Shown: positions 11,001 to 19,200 of the stretch, piece by piece | How positions within the stretch are numbered: position 1 is the first letter of the stretch | How the letters are laid out: each line of letters begins with the position of its first letter | NCBI RefSeq assembly: GCF_036588685.1 | Contig: NC_086376.1 | Span: 58,094,001-58,158,000 of the forward strand | Direction of reading: 5' to 3' | Length of the DNA stretch: 64,000 nucleotides | DNA from: Mytilus trossulus | Taxonomy: Eukaryota | Notes under the pieces: generated by a model | What the model saw: only the letters and a program-made list of their open reading frames with translations | Told to the model about the DNA's origin: nothing | The model's database searches: none | Program-made: the position numbers and the translations under genes

Positions 11001-11178
11001 TTTTATGGCTTCATTTGGATTTGAACAGTTAGTACAAGAGGCAACAACAGAGGGTGGTACACTGATTGACCATGTTTATATCAAAAGTTGTGTTAAAGTA
11101 CAAGTAAGTGTTATTCCAACTTATTACAGTTATCATGATGCAATATCTGTCATTTTGGAAATAAACCCTACTTCTTGA
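2071..11178 (+). CDS. Helentron (Helitron2) Rep-helicase-endonuclease polyprotein, 3035 aa, apparently intact
   Basis: Single stop-free ORF. Rep HUH motif VEFQQRGSPHTH (~7300-7335) and Y2 motif YIISYISK (8041). PIF1/SF1 helicase with Walker A GGAGTGKS (9160), Walker B IIDEVSM (9421), VGDFYQLPPV, QYPLQLAWACTVHKVQG and GQAYVALSRV. C-terminal APE-type endonuclease (HNIQGL, CLTETW, GDFN, IDHVY, SYHD). A C-terminal APE domain is characteristic of Helentrons. Confidence 0.96.
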   Translation: MGRKRKSKATVAREQKERMRSRRQSSVASIELAPLGEEELLARRLASPCEKNPSNAQRLEPPLGSLSIQSMDMPLSSDSPPWVCTPPRVPSPKLGVAGQTKLVVETSLDVTSIIETKQKVQEYNTETILRINSTEPNTRLYNTESNTTIYNTESNTRIYNTESILEINTEECNTESKQEINNELMQEMQTEPIPEVKTKPKSVYRTQESKDINISTLQTDQSDCEIESKIRLTLEFDEPPKTKKAKLESVCSSGFKMLPHNVHLNIASGSEESNSIKSVKVNGCSKNNINFIGGKVDIRNNKHSSDSSHYSKIRSRKLIQGKTENEETDLNLRDQEETRNEVRNLENTYSVNQPFMMQGSFHQGDDRFRNNSGKQCVANSLTAIAYSKLSLIDNWNMTFLDKILIEGNILYTWIHGDNEELLVTELPKMVEIRDMIVKCNRKESIFALIDNNGKIEFNVLSLDHALQEALIDSDGCFVCVRGFTSAIIRQNGKMYLFDSHARNCFGLQDSCGKSVVIQINDVNSLYQHFYNFVQGDVNAEFEVTGINIEIQDEDSVTNNLDKFIGNINNREVLEDENNSDVEFIGVPTQTCYLFNPIDYCTKRKLCNILDIKSKFVLKIPLMPTHSIGTPLKSKQITADGNCLFRAISYAVSNRQENFKQIRNELVRHILRHSHQFNSFLDSETVNEYMKRTNMIEDNVWGTELEIIAAADLLKTDIFTYLEGKWIKYSSKQICSKNNVNDQAIYLNNVGNHYEVVLSVLPGGKEEVTLKSKESAKKRNQSGIEKDQMNLHYELSHEGTMKRKYEQHELNIPKKVLKREKNSFGLIVEEKYLLERPRKEPGVCKPPEIEEGFKKSEKEKMKYQMDPQFRFNKLEKKKMRYKQDKSYKEGLIQTGKEKYMNDAKYRQYIQQASKDKYISDKKYRESKKIGSIQKYANDEEHKSAVKQASIQKYADDDEFKGEVKQASIQKYADDDDFKRKVKQASIQKYADDDDFKRKVKQASIQKYADDDEFKSEVKQASIQKYADDDDFKRKVKQASIQKYADDDEFKSEVKQASIQKYADDDDFKRKVKQASIQKYADDDEFNSAVKQASIQKYADDDEFKSEVKQASIQKYADDDDFKRKVKQASIQKYADDDDFKRKVKQASIQKYADDDDFKRKVKQASIQKYADDDEFKSKVKQASIQKYADDDDDFKIKLKDQLLTRRQNAKEESKDIIKVIENFRENVSKGPEFVCACCFRLCFENQVVQCKRELYKPGSAKAIADTCISEKYLHICSNECRDECLFKQTNRVTLWICYTCHRKILKGKIPAESFANNLALEDIPLELNRLNQLEQHLISLNIPFMKIVALPKGGQKAVHGPCVCVPSDISKVTTTLPRSEDDNCLVKVKLKRKLQYKGYEEYQFVDTKHLEEALSFLKEKNDWYSNVEIDGEWLNPIPTSEIKCGADKKDNESNTRTDRVIKDNLEDKTGKKEQEDAVDSYLDDSLQGVQFDTCLQPADIAQEALDLLFDQEFNISPAEGNNPVSLLKEKGIEAKTFPVHYPTGKNTWNEDREEKLSLLRYFNLRLMSVENRFARDTSYIFFCQYMSELDRVMSNVQISLRKGSVFSDGQKVTSKMLCNKESLNGLFRKDEAIKFMKPVRGTPPYWQSIQKDIFCMIRQLGIPTFFASFSSADFRWKEIVETILKQQGDIRNVDDLSWDEKCKVLCSNPATAARMFDHRFHKFLKDVIMSDAEPIGHVIDYFYRVEFQQRGSPHTHCVFWVEDAPKFGVDNDDTVTKFIDKYISCKLPLENDDPELTDIVKTVQQHSKNHSKSCRKKGTECRFNFPRPPSEKTFISRPIEDNEEDKEHDKDADDGNKSESESSKPCEKTFIPCPMKPDDHHHHDKHTDGDINEKSESKGSILKAKQMLACLWDVIKECEDKSLTTGELFLKAGMSQEDFQECFRWITYRNTVVLKRNKDELFINQYNPHLLKSWNANMDIQYILDAYSCVVYIISYISKSERELGLLLQQTKIEAADGNLDAQQTMKKVGTAYFHFRELSTQEAVFRVIGLRLKECSRKVQFIPVGENPCRISRPLKELQQKSKTLKMKKSIDESSDDDGDSDDIWLKSITDRYTNRPDLERFDQMCLATFCSEFSVLAETQIPNKINEDTTFKLKNDMGYIRKRTRTSDAVIKYARFSVETAPEQYYQSILQLFLPYRLNEQLKPPQFLSYEDFYNSGFIKYSQMEDLCSVQNKVNFNMSKFVKKDKELEIAEKQLEERGYQEDAWAQLCPETEKERHECNEVGENTTTQEVESPELEIPDLNQTDKPTENGMVQKTCFSRSEVIPLLRTLNEKQKRIFFKIREWCNFKVNGKNPPPFHVFVTGGAGTGKSHLIKCLYYEATRILAHCSPNPDDLTVLLTAPTGTAAFNINGLTIHSSLSIFKGLSVEKAMLGEDKLNSLRSKLENLQILIIDEVSMVNKRLLFFIHQRLRQIKKRPEKYPYGGVSVIAVGDFYQLPPVKSKRSDKLYVNDPSNPLNYLWNDLFSVVELDEVMRQREDSLFAQLLNRLRVKQNNYPLKSSDQEMLKECIDSGPDEALHIYATNNEINMYNNEMIMKLSSEPKLIEAQDFEKDKTTGKLMKRRQNFSKTNICLPTSILLAEGARVMMIKNEAVSDGLVNGVMGTVLSISEFSKGALPNNIYIHFDNDRVGKNAKVQKIINGKRCVGLEPSTENISFSNGTRKQYPLQLAWACTVHKVQGLTVPQAVVCLNKCFAYGQAYVALSRVTSKNGLTILPIDDKTLNKKIYSDPDIMEGMKSMDNFLSQNDTIVSNHKAGLSIVYHNIQGLKAHQNDLKANSDFQNANYICLTETWLESCSDDVHLPNYKLHHLPRSAAFASNNPLYASLQEMSHGGVGVYVKSDSEYEEFDTSQKNLECIIFKVPKMNVLIATIYRTQKYQIELFLRNVRALLSELTQLSSSIIVLGDFNQDIIKGGSSIQDFMASFGFEQLVQEATTEGGTLIDHVYIKSCVKVQVSVIPTYYSYHDAISVILEINPTS
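2437..2600 (+). repeat. Coding 27-bp (9 aa, YNTESNTRI-like) tandem repeat in the low-complexity N-terminus of the ORF
   Basis: tacaatactga at 2437, 2491, 2518 and 2545, with degenerate copies between and after. Confidence 0.85.
3136..3720 (+). other. Herpesvirus large-tegument-type (peptidase C76 / VTD-like) deubiquitinase domain within the Helentron ORF
   Basis: GSFHQGDDRF-x4-GKQCVANS (Cys codon 3196) and MYLFDSH (Asp 3562, His 3568) match the QC...FD(S/P)H signature of this family. Domain limits are approximate. Confidence 0.85.
3970..4340 (+). other. OTU-family cysteine protease (deubiquitinase) domain within the Helentron ORF
   Basis: ITADGNCLFRAIS (Asp 3985, Cys 3994), WGTELEI and NHYEVV (His 4324) are the canonical OTU motifs. 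Confidence 0.92.
4900..5658 (+). repeat. Coding minisatellite: 14 x 54 bp (18 aa, VKQASIQKYADDD[D/E]FK[RK/SE])
   Basis: Unit starts gtc/gtt-aaaca recur every 54 bp from 4900 to 5602. About 3-4 degenerate units precede them (~4690-4899). Confidence 0.97.
5755..6000 (+). other. Cys/His-rich putative zinc-binding region preceding the Rep domain
   Basis: GPEFVCACCFR...HICSNECRDEC...WICYTCHRKILKGKIP, a pattern typical of the region N-terminal to Helentron Rep. Confidence 0.7.
10510..11160 (+). other. APE/EEP-family endonuclease domain of the Helentron ORF
   Basis: Motifs SIVYHNIQGL, ICLTETWL, HGGVGVYV, IATIYR, IVLGDFN, TLIDHVY and YSYHDAI occur in the expected order. Confidence 0.92.
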
Positions 11179-12089
11179 AAGCTGTATAGTATTAATAGAA
11201 AATGATGAGAGTGCCTTAAACATGTGAAAGGAAAATTCATTTTGTACAAAACGATCAAAAGTTTCCCTACATATTTTTTTTTCAAAATTCTAAGCCGGTA
11301 CTAACAACCTAGTTTTGTATATATGTTCTTTATGTGTTTAAATTTCAAGTTTACTAATAGTTTCCCTATTTTATTTAGCTAAGTATCAAACTCTAAATTA
11401 TATTTTAAAGTGGAATTTGTTTCTTAACTGAATATTATAAGAGTTTTATATGTTTACTTTAATTTCAGATCAAATTCTTAGTCGTCAGTAGTAAAGAAGT
11501 CAAATCAATTGTCTAACTTTTTGTGCATGCTTTGGTAATTTTAATACAGCACTTGCCAACGGGTTAGATAGTTGATACATATATATCATCAGCTGAGAAA
11601 TGTCTATTTATGATTAAGAAGTAAAAAGAAATAGGAGATAGAAGATTAAAATACAGCATTATGTAAAGGTAGGTTCGATAGAATAGTATTTACAAAAGAT
11701 AACTAATGCAAACTGTCTAAGAGCCAGTGTGAGGGATCGACACAATTCCAACTGTCCTGTTGTCTGTTATCATATGTTTGAAAGCGTCATCCGTTGTCTT
11801 TCTGTTGTCTGGAAACTTTTTAAATTTCTCCTCTGAAACTGCTAGGGCAATTTAAACAAATCATGGCCTGAGTCATTCTAAGGATGTCGAGTTAAAATGG
11901 TATGTTTGTTCAGCTCGCCATCCAATTAACATGCCCCATGTTACTATAAATAGAACATGGGAGGTAAAACACTACTTTTTCTTTCCCAAGATATTACAAG
12001 GCTATTGAGACCAAATGTTTGTAAAAAATGATAATTACATAAGCATGATTTGTATTGAACCGTTTGTTAAACATAGGATAAAAAAAACC

Positions 12090-12418
12090 TGTTTTGCTGA
12101 TGCACCCTGATGCACCCTGGGATTTGAGGGGGGGGGGGGGGGGGGGGGTATATATCCAAGTCAGGTCACTCTGTTTGACTTTGACCCTAACAAAATTTAA
12201 AAGTAAAGCATTGTCTGATTTGTGTACTGTGCATAACTTGTACTGTAGAATGTAGGTTGAATAATCTGGTTGCTGATGCACCATGGGATGGGAGTTGGGG
12301 GGGGGGGGGGGGGGGTCCTATATCAAGTCAGGTCACTCTGTTTGACTTTGACCTTTGATCTTTATGCAAGTAAAGTATTGTCTGATTTGTGTACTGTGCA
12401 TAACTTGTGTACTGACGC
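12090..12418 (+). repeat. Two diverged ~175-bp tandem units, each with a ~20-nt poly-G tract
   Basis: gctgatgcacc..ggga..(G)n..caagtcaggtcactctgtttgactttgacc..aagtaaag.attgtctgatttgtgtactgtgcataacttg occurs twice. Confidence 0.8.
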
Positions 12419-13264
12419 AAATAAATAGACAACACTTTGTATGCATAAAGATCATGGTCACTCCGACCTTGACCCTTGATTCCAATGTCATTGTCTCAAA
12501 ATTGAATTTACTACAGTAAATGGTAACTTATATGAATGTCCTGGGTTTTAGATGTGCGCATTTTCTTTAGGTGTGTGTTATTTATTGGTCAGATGGACTG
12601 TATAGTTTTGGTTGAGAATGAAATGTAATAGATATAATATGTGTATACTTTGTAAATGACTGCATAAGAAGAAATGATGTCCTTATATTGAATAGCTCAA
12701 TTGTTAGAGTTTTAATAGCTTGTATGCCATGTAATGATAATGTATTGAAGGGTTTTTTTTACAGTTAAAAGACAATGCATAGTTTTGTTTTTTCTGGTAA
12801 ATTTATTTGTACTGTTTATAAAGCTTATTTCCTGTAACCACAAGCATTTATATACCAGTTAACATTTTAAATGTAATTTGCAGAATAGCAATTAATGAGT
12901 ATGTACCATGTTTAAATTTTCAATGAACAAATATTGTATTTGCATTGCTAACTGAGTAAGAAATACATTATAAACATGATTAACTGACTGTAATATTCTT
13001 GAAATGGAAAAGTCTAATGAAAGTATAAAAACTTAACATAGAATAATAGAGAAATTTATCCTCCTACAAAACAACAGTAACACATTTCCTTTGTTTTCAC
13101 TGTAATTGATATTTTTCTGTATTTGTTGTATACCATATACTGTTTCTTCACAGCTGTACAACTGTATCATTTGCTATTGATGTATTTGTCTGTAAACCTT
13201 TTTATCAGCATGTTTTTTTTCAGAATATAGCTTTTTAACCTATATATATATATATATAAGATAT

Positions 13265-13426
13265 AACTCGTCTAAACATCAACCCAACAATGTTAGATCT
13301 GTAAATTTGCTTTCGCAAATTTTTGGTTCTTCCCTCGCCGGGATTCGAACCCATGCTACTGTGATATCGTGACACCAAATCGCCTGCACTGCAGCCGTCC
13401 CGCTAGACCACACGACCACCTGGGCT
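13265..13426 (-). mobile_element. tRNA-derived SINE-like element flanked by (TA)n
   Basis: Minus strand reads gcccaggTGGTCGTGTGGtctagcg...atgGGTTCGAATCCcgg: Pol III A box (13408-13418) and B box (13341-13351), too far apart for a normal tRNA. (TA)n on both sides. Confidence 0.8.
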
Positions 13427-13547
13427 AAATATATATATAAGTACGTTTAAACAAGTGACAACTCTACAACAGATCCATCCATTGGATTATTAGTGAAGGT
13501 GATACACAGCTTAAAACACATATTGAATTCATAATTACTCTATAAAT

Positions 13548-13686
13548 ATCAAGACAACAATGTTAAATCTGCAAATGTTTGGAAGCACATTTGTGTTCTT
13601 CCCCTGTTGGGATTCGAACTCATGCTATTGGGATATCGAGACAACACTGCCATCACTGTATCTAGCACTCTAGACTACTCAGCCAT
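13548..13686 (-). mobile_element. Second, diverged copy of the same tRNA-derived SINE
   Basis: caacaatgttaaatctg...gttcttccc...gggattcgaactcatgcta...gatatcg...ctagac aligns with 13265-13426 and is followed by (TA)n. Confidence 0.7.
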
Positions 13687-14493
13687 ATATATATATACAT
13701 ATTATAGACAAACAGCAATCTATGGTGGTATTTTATTTTAACCTTGATTATTTGTGAATCCTAGGCAAAAATGGATTTAAATCCAAAACATCAGATTGTT
13801 TTTGTTCAGTAAAATGAAGATAGAAATTGAAAATAAGAAACAGACCAACTATACCAACAATAAATTCTGTGGCTTTGTGGTGATTACTGATCGTTTTGTC
13901 TAGTTTACTTCTGTATCCTCAGACAATACTATTCCAATGTTTATCTTGAACAATAATTTATTGGCATTAAATCTTATTATTGAAGATTAATATATGCAAT
14001 ATATATATGCAAAGGAGAAATGGTGGAGCGGTGAATAATTAATTTGAATTTTCATTTTGGACATTGACAATATTCACATTAAAATGTGCTATTACAGGTA
14101 CAAAGTCCTTTTATACCCAAAGACACCAGACAAAGTATGCTATTAAATAATTTTACATATTTTTAATTAATCAGGAACAATTTTGAAAGTTCAACTAATA
14201 CTTAAAATGTTTCTAAAAAGTACAAGAAATTCAGGAAATCAAAATTAAAGGGAAATGTGCTTGTCATGCTTTTTATTTAAATTTATGTGTTTTCACTATT
14301 AATACACAAACTTGCTTTCACTAAAAGAAGAATCATGGTTTAGCTAGGTTGAATGTACACTTTTACTAGGAAAATAATTATGTTTTTACATATTTGTATT
14401 TGATTACCATATGATTAAATGTATTAACTGGCTTTTACATTTTTGTTATTCATTCACCCTACATGCATGCTCGTTTGCAAACGGCAAGAACCA

Positions 14494-15234
14494 TTTTTTT
14501 GCATGTCCCTGCCATAGCGAAAGGGGCACTAAGTTTTACCCTTGTCTGTCTGCATGTCCGTACATCCCATTATTTGTTTCTGGTCTCTAACTTTAGTTAC
14601 CTCAAACAAATAATATGAAACTTATACACAATGCTAATTACCTCAAAAAACAGATCAAGTTTGAATTTTGATGGTGTCACTTTATCCGTTCTATAGTTAT
14701 GCCCCTTTGCAAATTGAAAAATTACTAGTTTTTTGGATTCTGTTCCCTAACTTTAGTTTGCCTTAACCAAATGTTATGAAACTTATACACAATGTTTATT
14801 ATCTTAAAACACAGACCAAGTTTGAAATTTGGTGCTGTCACTTTTACCATTCTACAGTCATACCCCTTTAAAATTGGAAATATTGCTGAATTATTAGTTT
14901 CTGTTCACTAACTTTAGATTCCCTCAACCAAATGTTATGAAACTTATACACAATGCTAATAACCACAAAAAACAGATGAAGTTCGAATTTTGGCGTCACT
15001 TTCATTGTTCTAGAGTAATGCTCTTTTTCAAATGGAGAAATTGTTAAATTTTTCGTTTCCATTCTCTAATTTAAGTTTGCCTCAACTAAGTGTTATGAAA
15101 CGTATACACCATGCTTATTACCACAAAACTTTGATCAAGTACAAATTTGGGTATTGTCACTTATACCGATCTTGAGTTATCTCCCTTTAACAGGGGGCAT
15201 CATCTGTGTCCCATGAACACAATCCCCATTTATT
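14494..15234 (+). mobile_element. Complete but decayed HINE with 4 x ~161-bp tandem core
   Basis: 5' T-run, then atgtccct...aggggcac inverted pair and a gtct/gtcc microsatellite remnant. Core motif aaac(t/g)tatacac recurs at ~14618, 14779, 14941 and 15098. 3' gggggcat plus imperfect hairpin tgtgtc-ccat-gaacaca (15205-15221). Confidence 0.75.
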
Positions 15235-16528
15235 ATTTCATTTTTTGATACTGTGAATGTAAACATAGCTAGTAATATTTTTACTGTCAATTATGGTTAT
15301 ACCCTCAAGGAAAGGTCAAATATCTTCGGGCTAAATATTACAAAGTTACTTAATGATCCACCATTTTCCACTTCAAGACTTCTGAAACTGTCACAATTGA
15401 TTATATGATCCAGTCAAAAATTTACATCCTGTATAATTTTAACTCTTTAGGTTTTGTCTACCAATTATGATGCAGGTAAATGTTCTTATTTGGGCAGATA
15501 ACTAAGCAACACACTTACAGGGTAACATCCACATACGTATAAAACTCTAAGTTCATTATCTTGGACCTGTCTTATTCATGATGTGAAATATGTTTTAATA
15601 GATATTAAATGTATTGAAAAGAAAAGCATTTAACACATACAGTCCTTAAAATATTGTCAAAAACATTAAATGGGTACTCTAGGATTTGACATGTGACTGT
15701 ATGAGATTTGCCAAGTAGATTGGTCCCTTGTATGCTTATTTAAGACACCATTGACTAAAAATTAGGTTAAGGAGTAAAAGTTATTTTAAGGAACTGTTAA
15801 CAGGGGTTATGCCATTTATGAAAAGATCAAATCTCTTCCGTCAACACCTACCAAATTTGTGCCTTTTTTACCAAAACAATTTTTCAACTATTGATAGGTC
15901 TATACATATAAGGGTTTCTAGAATATCACAAAACAAGTAGTGAGGTCAAATGTCAAGGTCAACCTTACAAAACTTTAACACACACTTAAAACCCTTAAAA
16001 TAATGTTAAAAACACATGATTCCCTATCTGAGACATTACCTTGTAACCTTTTGTCAAAATCATTGGTCCACGATGTCATTACAAAATACCCCATGGGTGT
16101 AGGACCTTTGTTTCAAGAGTTAAAGGTAATGTTGTTTTTTTCAGAAACAATCAGTAGGGGTTATGCCCCTTACGGATAGGTCAAATCTCTTTGGGATATG
16201 CCCCTTACGGATAGGTCCATTATGACCCAAAGATTTTTCACTATTTACCATTTCTGTAAATATAATAGATTTTGAGATATCCAGTAAAAGGTTTTAAGGT
16301 CAAAAAGTCAACCTTAAAAAGCTTAAAAACACACTAAAAATCCTTTAAATAGGTCAAAAACACATAATTTGTTATCTGGGACAGACCTTGACCTTGTGAC
16401 CTTTGTCAAGGTCATTAGTCCCAAATGTCATTGCTGAAGATCCCATGGGTCTAGGACCTTTGGTTGTTTAGTAAAAGCTGGTATTGTCTTTTCAGAAACC
16501 TAAAACTGGGGTTATGCCCCTTACAGAT

Positions 16529-16982
16529 GGGACAACATCCCTAATGCGCCTTGAAATGAGGAACTCAAAAGTCACGTGTAAAGAAAAAATCTCTGTGTAG
16601 TGATATTGGACATGTTTCTATTTTTAACAAATGACTGAACTTAATTATTTGTGGTGATTAGGAAAGTAGAGGAACATAGAATAAATGTGTAAAAACTATG
16701 GAGCTATTGAATGTGTTCAAAGTATTAAATTTTCAAAGAACTTATTGTGTTAAAAAGGGGATATTTTACCACAAGGAGCCACATCACAAACGGATGTTCG
16801 GGGTTTGCTAATTTACGGAAAAAGTAATCTCACTTCGTACCCCGAAAATTTAACCACATATGTGAAAATGTCACAGCTTCGAAACGAGCTATCATACATA
16901 TCCAAGTTTACGATATGGACTGAGCTACAAGAAAAAACGTTACCATTATCGCCTATGGAAAAACAATTAAAGATATTGAGCC
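16529..16982. repeat. Left long terminal direct repeat (454 bp)
   Basis: Near-identical to 18747-19200. Confidence 0.95.
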
Positions 16983-18746
16983 AATTTACAAAAAGATAAA
17001 TCAGAAGTTTCCAGAGTGATCTATGGATGATTTCACCTTATACACCCGGGAAAATTGTGAAAATGATGGTAAGTATTTTTTTATTTATACCTATATATCC
17101 CAGAGGATTTCAGATAACCATTATAGATAAATACCAGCAGATACTCAATGAAATTTTCGCTTTTAGAAAGCATTACAGGCACGGGGCTGAACACTTTTTT
17201 TAGGCACAATTCTAACTTTGTTTACACCCCCCGAGAGATCCGAAAGGAATTTGTTTATGAATTGAAAAAGGCATGAACTAACATAATAGTTTTATCTGTA
17301 AGTAAACATGACACAATACAGTCTTTGTTATGTAATTATCACTCCGGATTACAGGAATAACTGATAATCAAGGGAGATAACACACTCCATACGAGTAAAG
17401 TGAAATACATCATCATCATGTGCTTTTATCCAATAATTTGACCCATGGTCAGTCAGTAGATATCATATGCAGTTAATAAACAGACAAACATGTACATGTA
17501 TTAAAGAAATCATGAATTATTATTTGTAATGCACACTAGCAAATCACAAGATATTGTCTTTTCTCAGTGAAAAAGGGGGAGGGTCAACAAACCTTTCGAA
17601 AACAATATTGCTGCACCTTTTCAACTTTTAAGCTAGTTAGCTACCACTCGTTGCTTCTAATATAAAAGATTTAAACGAAGGTTGATAAGCCACAAGGGAG
17701 AAGCATTTTTCTTTCTTTGCGATAAAACGTTCAAGAATTTGATTTTTGCTCTCTCAATAATACTTATGTATTTAAACCAAATAATAACACAGCCTGAGTA
17801 TTTTTTTTGTCTTATTTCAGTTCCAGACATATCATTACTTTTTAACCTGAGATGACAAACTAGAGGTTTTAAAAGGTCCTGAATAACTGGTAAGCATTTT
17901 GTTTTATTTGGCAAGCTCTAAATTGTTTATTTATGGTATTTATGCAATTCAAATTACAGTCGGTATGTTAAATATATACTGATATGAAAACTGTTGCTAT
18001 GGTCTTGGCATTAAATGAAAATGCTTGGTTACTGTTCTTTTCGACTCCATATTTCAAGTTAAACCTTGCGGCAACTGTTCCTCATGTAACTCTGCAAACT
18101 ATAATTAGCATTATTTTGATATGTCGTTATTTAATGACGCCATATTACGTGTGATGTCACAATGTATCCTTTAAAACCTCATGCCAATATCTCACTGATA
18201 AAAGATTTTCACTGAAATACATGTAAAAAACATTTTTTCTCAAATACAATTATGTGAAAGAACAAGTTTTGAAAATTTGCACTTCATTGCACTCTAATTA
18301 TATGATTCAAATGACTTTTACAGTAATTTATAGTGGTTTCTACAGTATAAAATACCAGGTTTCCACTGGCTAGAATAATTAAGTATTTTGGTGTTTTTTT
18401 TATGAAATCTTCATTTTTGCATAATTTCTCTGTCAAAATGCACTTTTAGGCACCAGAAAATTTTATTGCATGCTTTAACAGGGTCTGTGTGTTGTAATTT
18501 AAGGTTACATTCAGATGTTTTGTCCTTCTTTTGACTAGTGAAGGTATACTGTAAGAAATTAATTATGCATACACTTTGTATTCAAAATAAATAAATATAG
18601 CGATAAAAGTGTCATTGCCTTATAGTGCTGAAACAACTTTATTTTTTTTCAGAAATGGACAAAAATACACAGATTTATTCAGAATGTCATACCGATGAAG
18701 ATCACATAAAAATATTTGGAAAAATCAGAACTATGGATTGCAATAT

Positions 18747-19200
18747 GGGACAACATCCCTAATGCGCCTTGAAATGAGGAACTCAAAAGTCACGTGTAAA
18801 GAAAAAATCTCTGTGTAGTGATATTGGACATGTTTCTATTATTAACAAATGACTGAACTTAATTATTTGTGGTGATTAGGAAAGTAGAGGAACATAGAAT
18901 AAATGTGTAAAAACTATGGAGCTATTGAATGTGTTCAAAGTATTAAATTTTCAAAGAACTTATTGTGTTAAAAAGGGGATATTTTACCACAAGGAGCCAC
19001 ATCACAAACGGATGTTCGGGGTTTGCTAATTTACGGAAAAAGTAATCTCACTTCGTACCCCGAAAATTTAACCACATATGTGAAAATGTCACAGCTTCGA
19101 AACGAGCTATCATACATATCCAAGTTTACGATATGGACTGAGCTACAAGAAAAAACGTTACCATTATCGCCTATGGAAAAACAATTAAAGATATTGAGCC
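18747..19200. repeat. Right long terminal direct repeat (454 bp)
   Basis: Near-identical to 16529-16982. Confidence 0.95.

Larger units (their letters stand above)
16529..19200. mobile_element. Non-autonomous composite-like DNA transposon with long terminal direct repeats (KolobokP-type architecture)
   Basis: 454-bp direct repeats at 16529-16982 and 18747-19200 (one mismatch seen). Each is bounded by imperfect TIRs GGGACAACATC / GATATTGAGCC. AGAT is duplicated at 16525-16528 and 19201-19204. Removing the element restores the host repeat ccccttacagatatgtcaaatctc (cf. ccccttacggataggtcaaatctc at ~16167). Confidence 0.85.

Noticed and set aside
11461-11674. Possible exon bounded by tttcag (11468) and aag|gtaggt (11669)
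   Set aside because: Splice-like signals are common in AT-rich DNA and there is no coding or other support.
13330-13426. Functional tRNA gene
   Set aside because: A-to-B box spacing is too long, there is no clean anticodon arm or acceptor stem, and a SINE-like tail and a second decayed copy are present.
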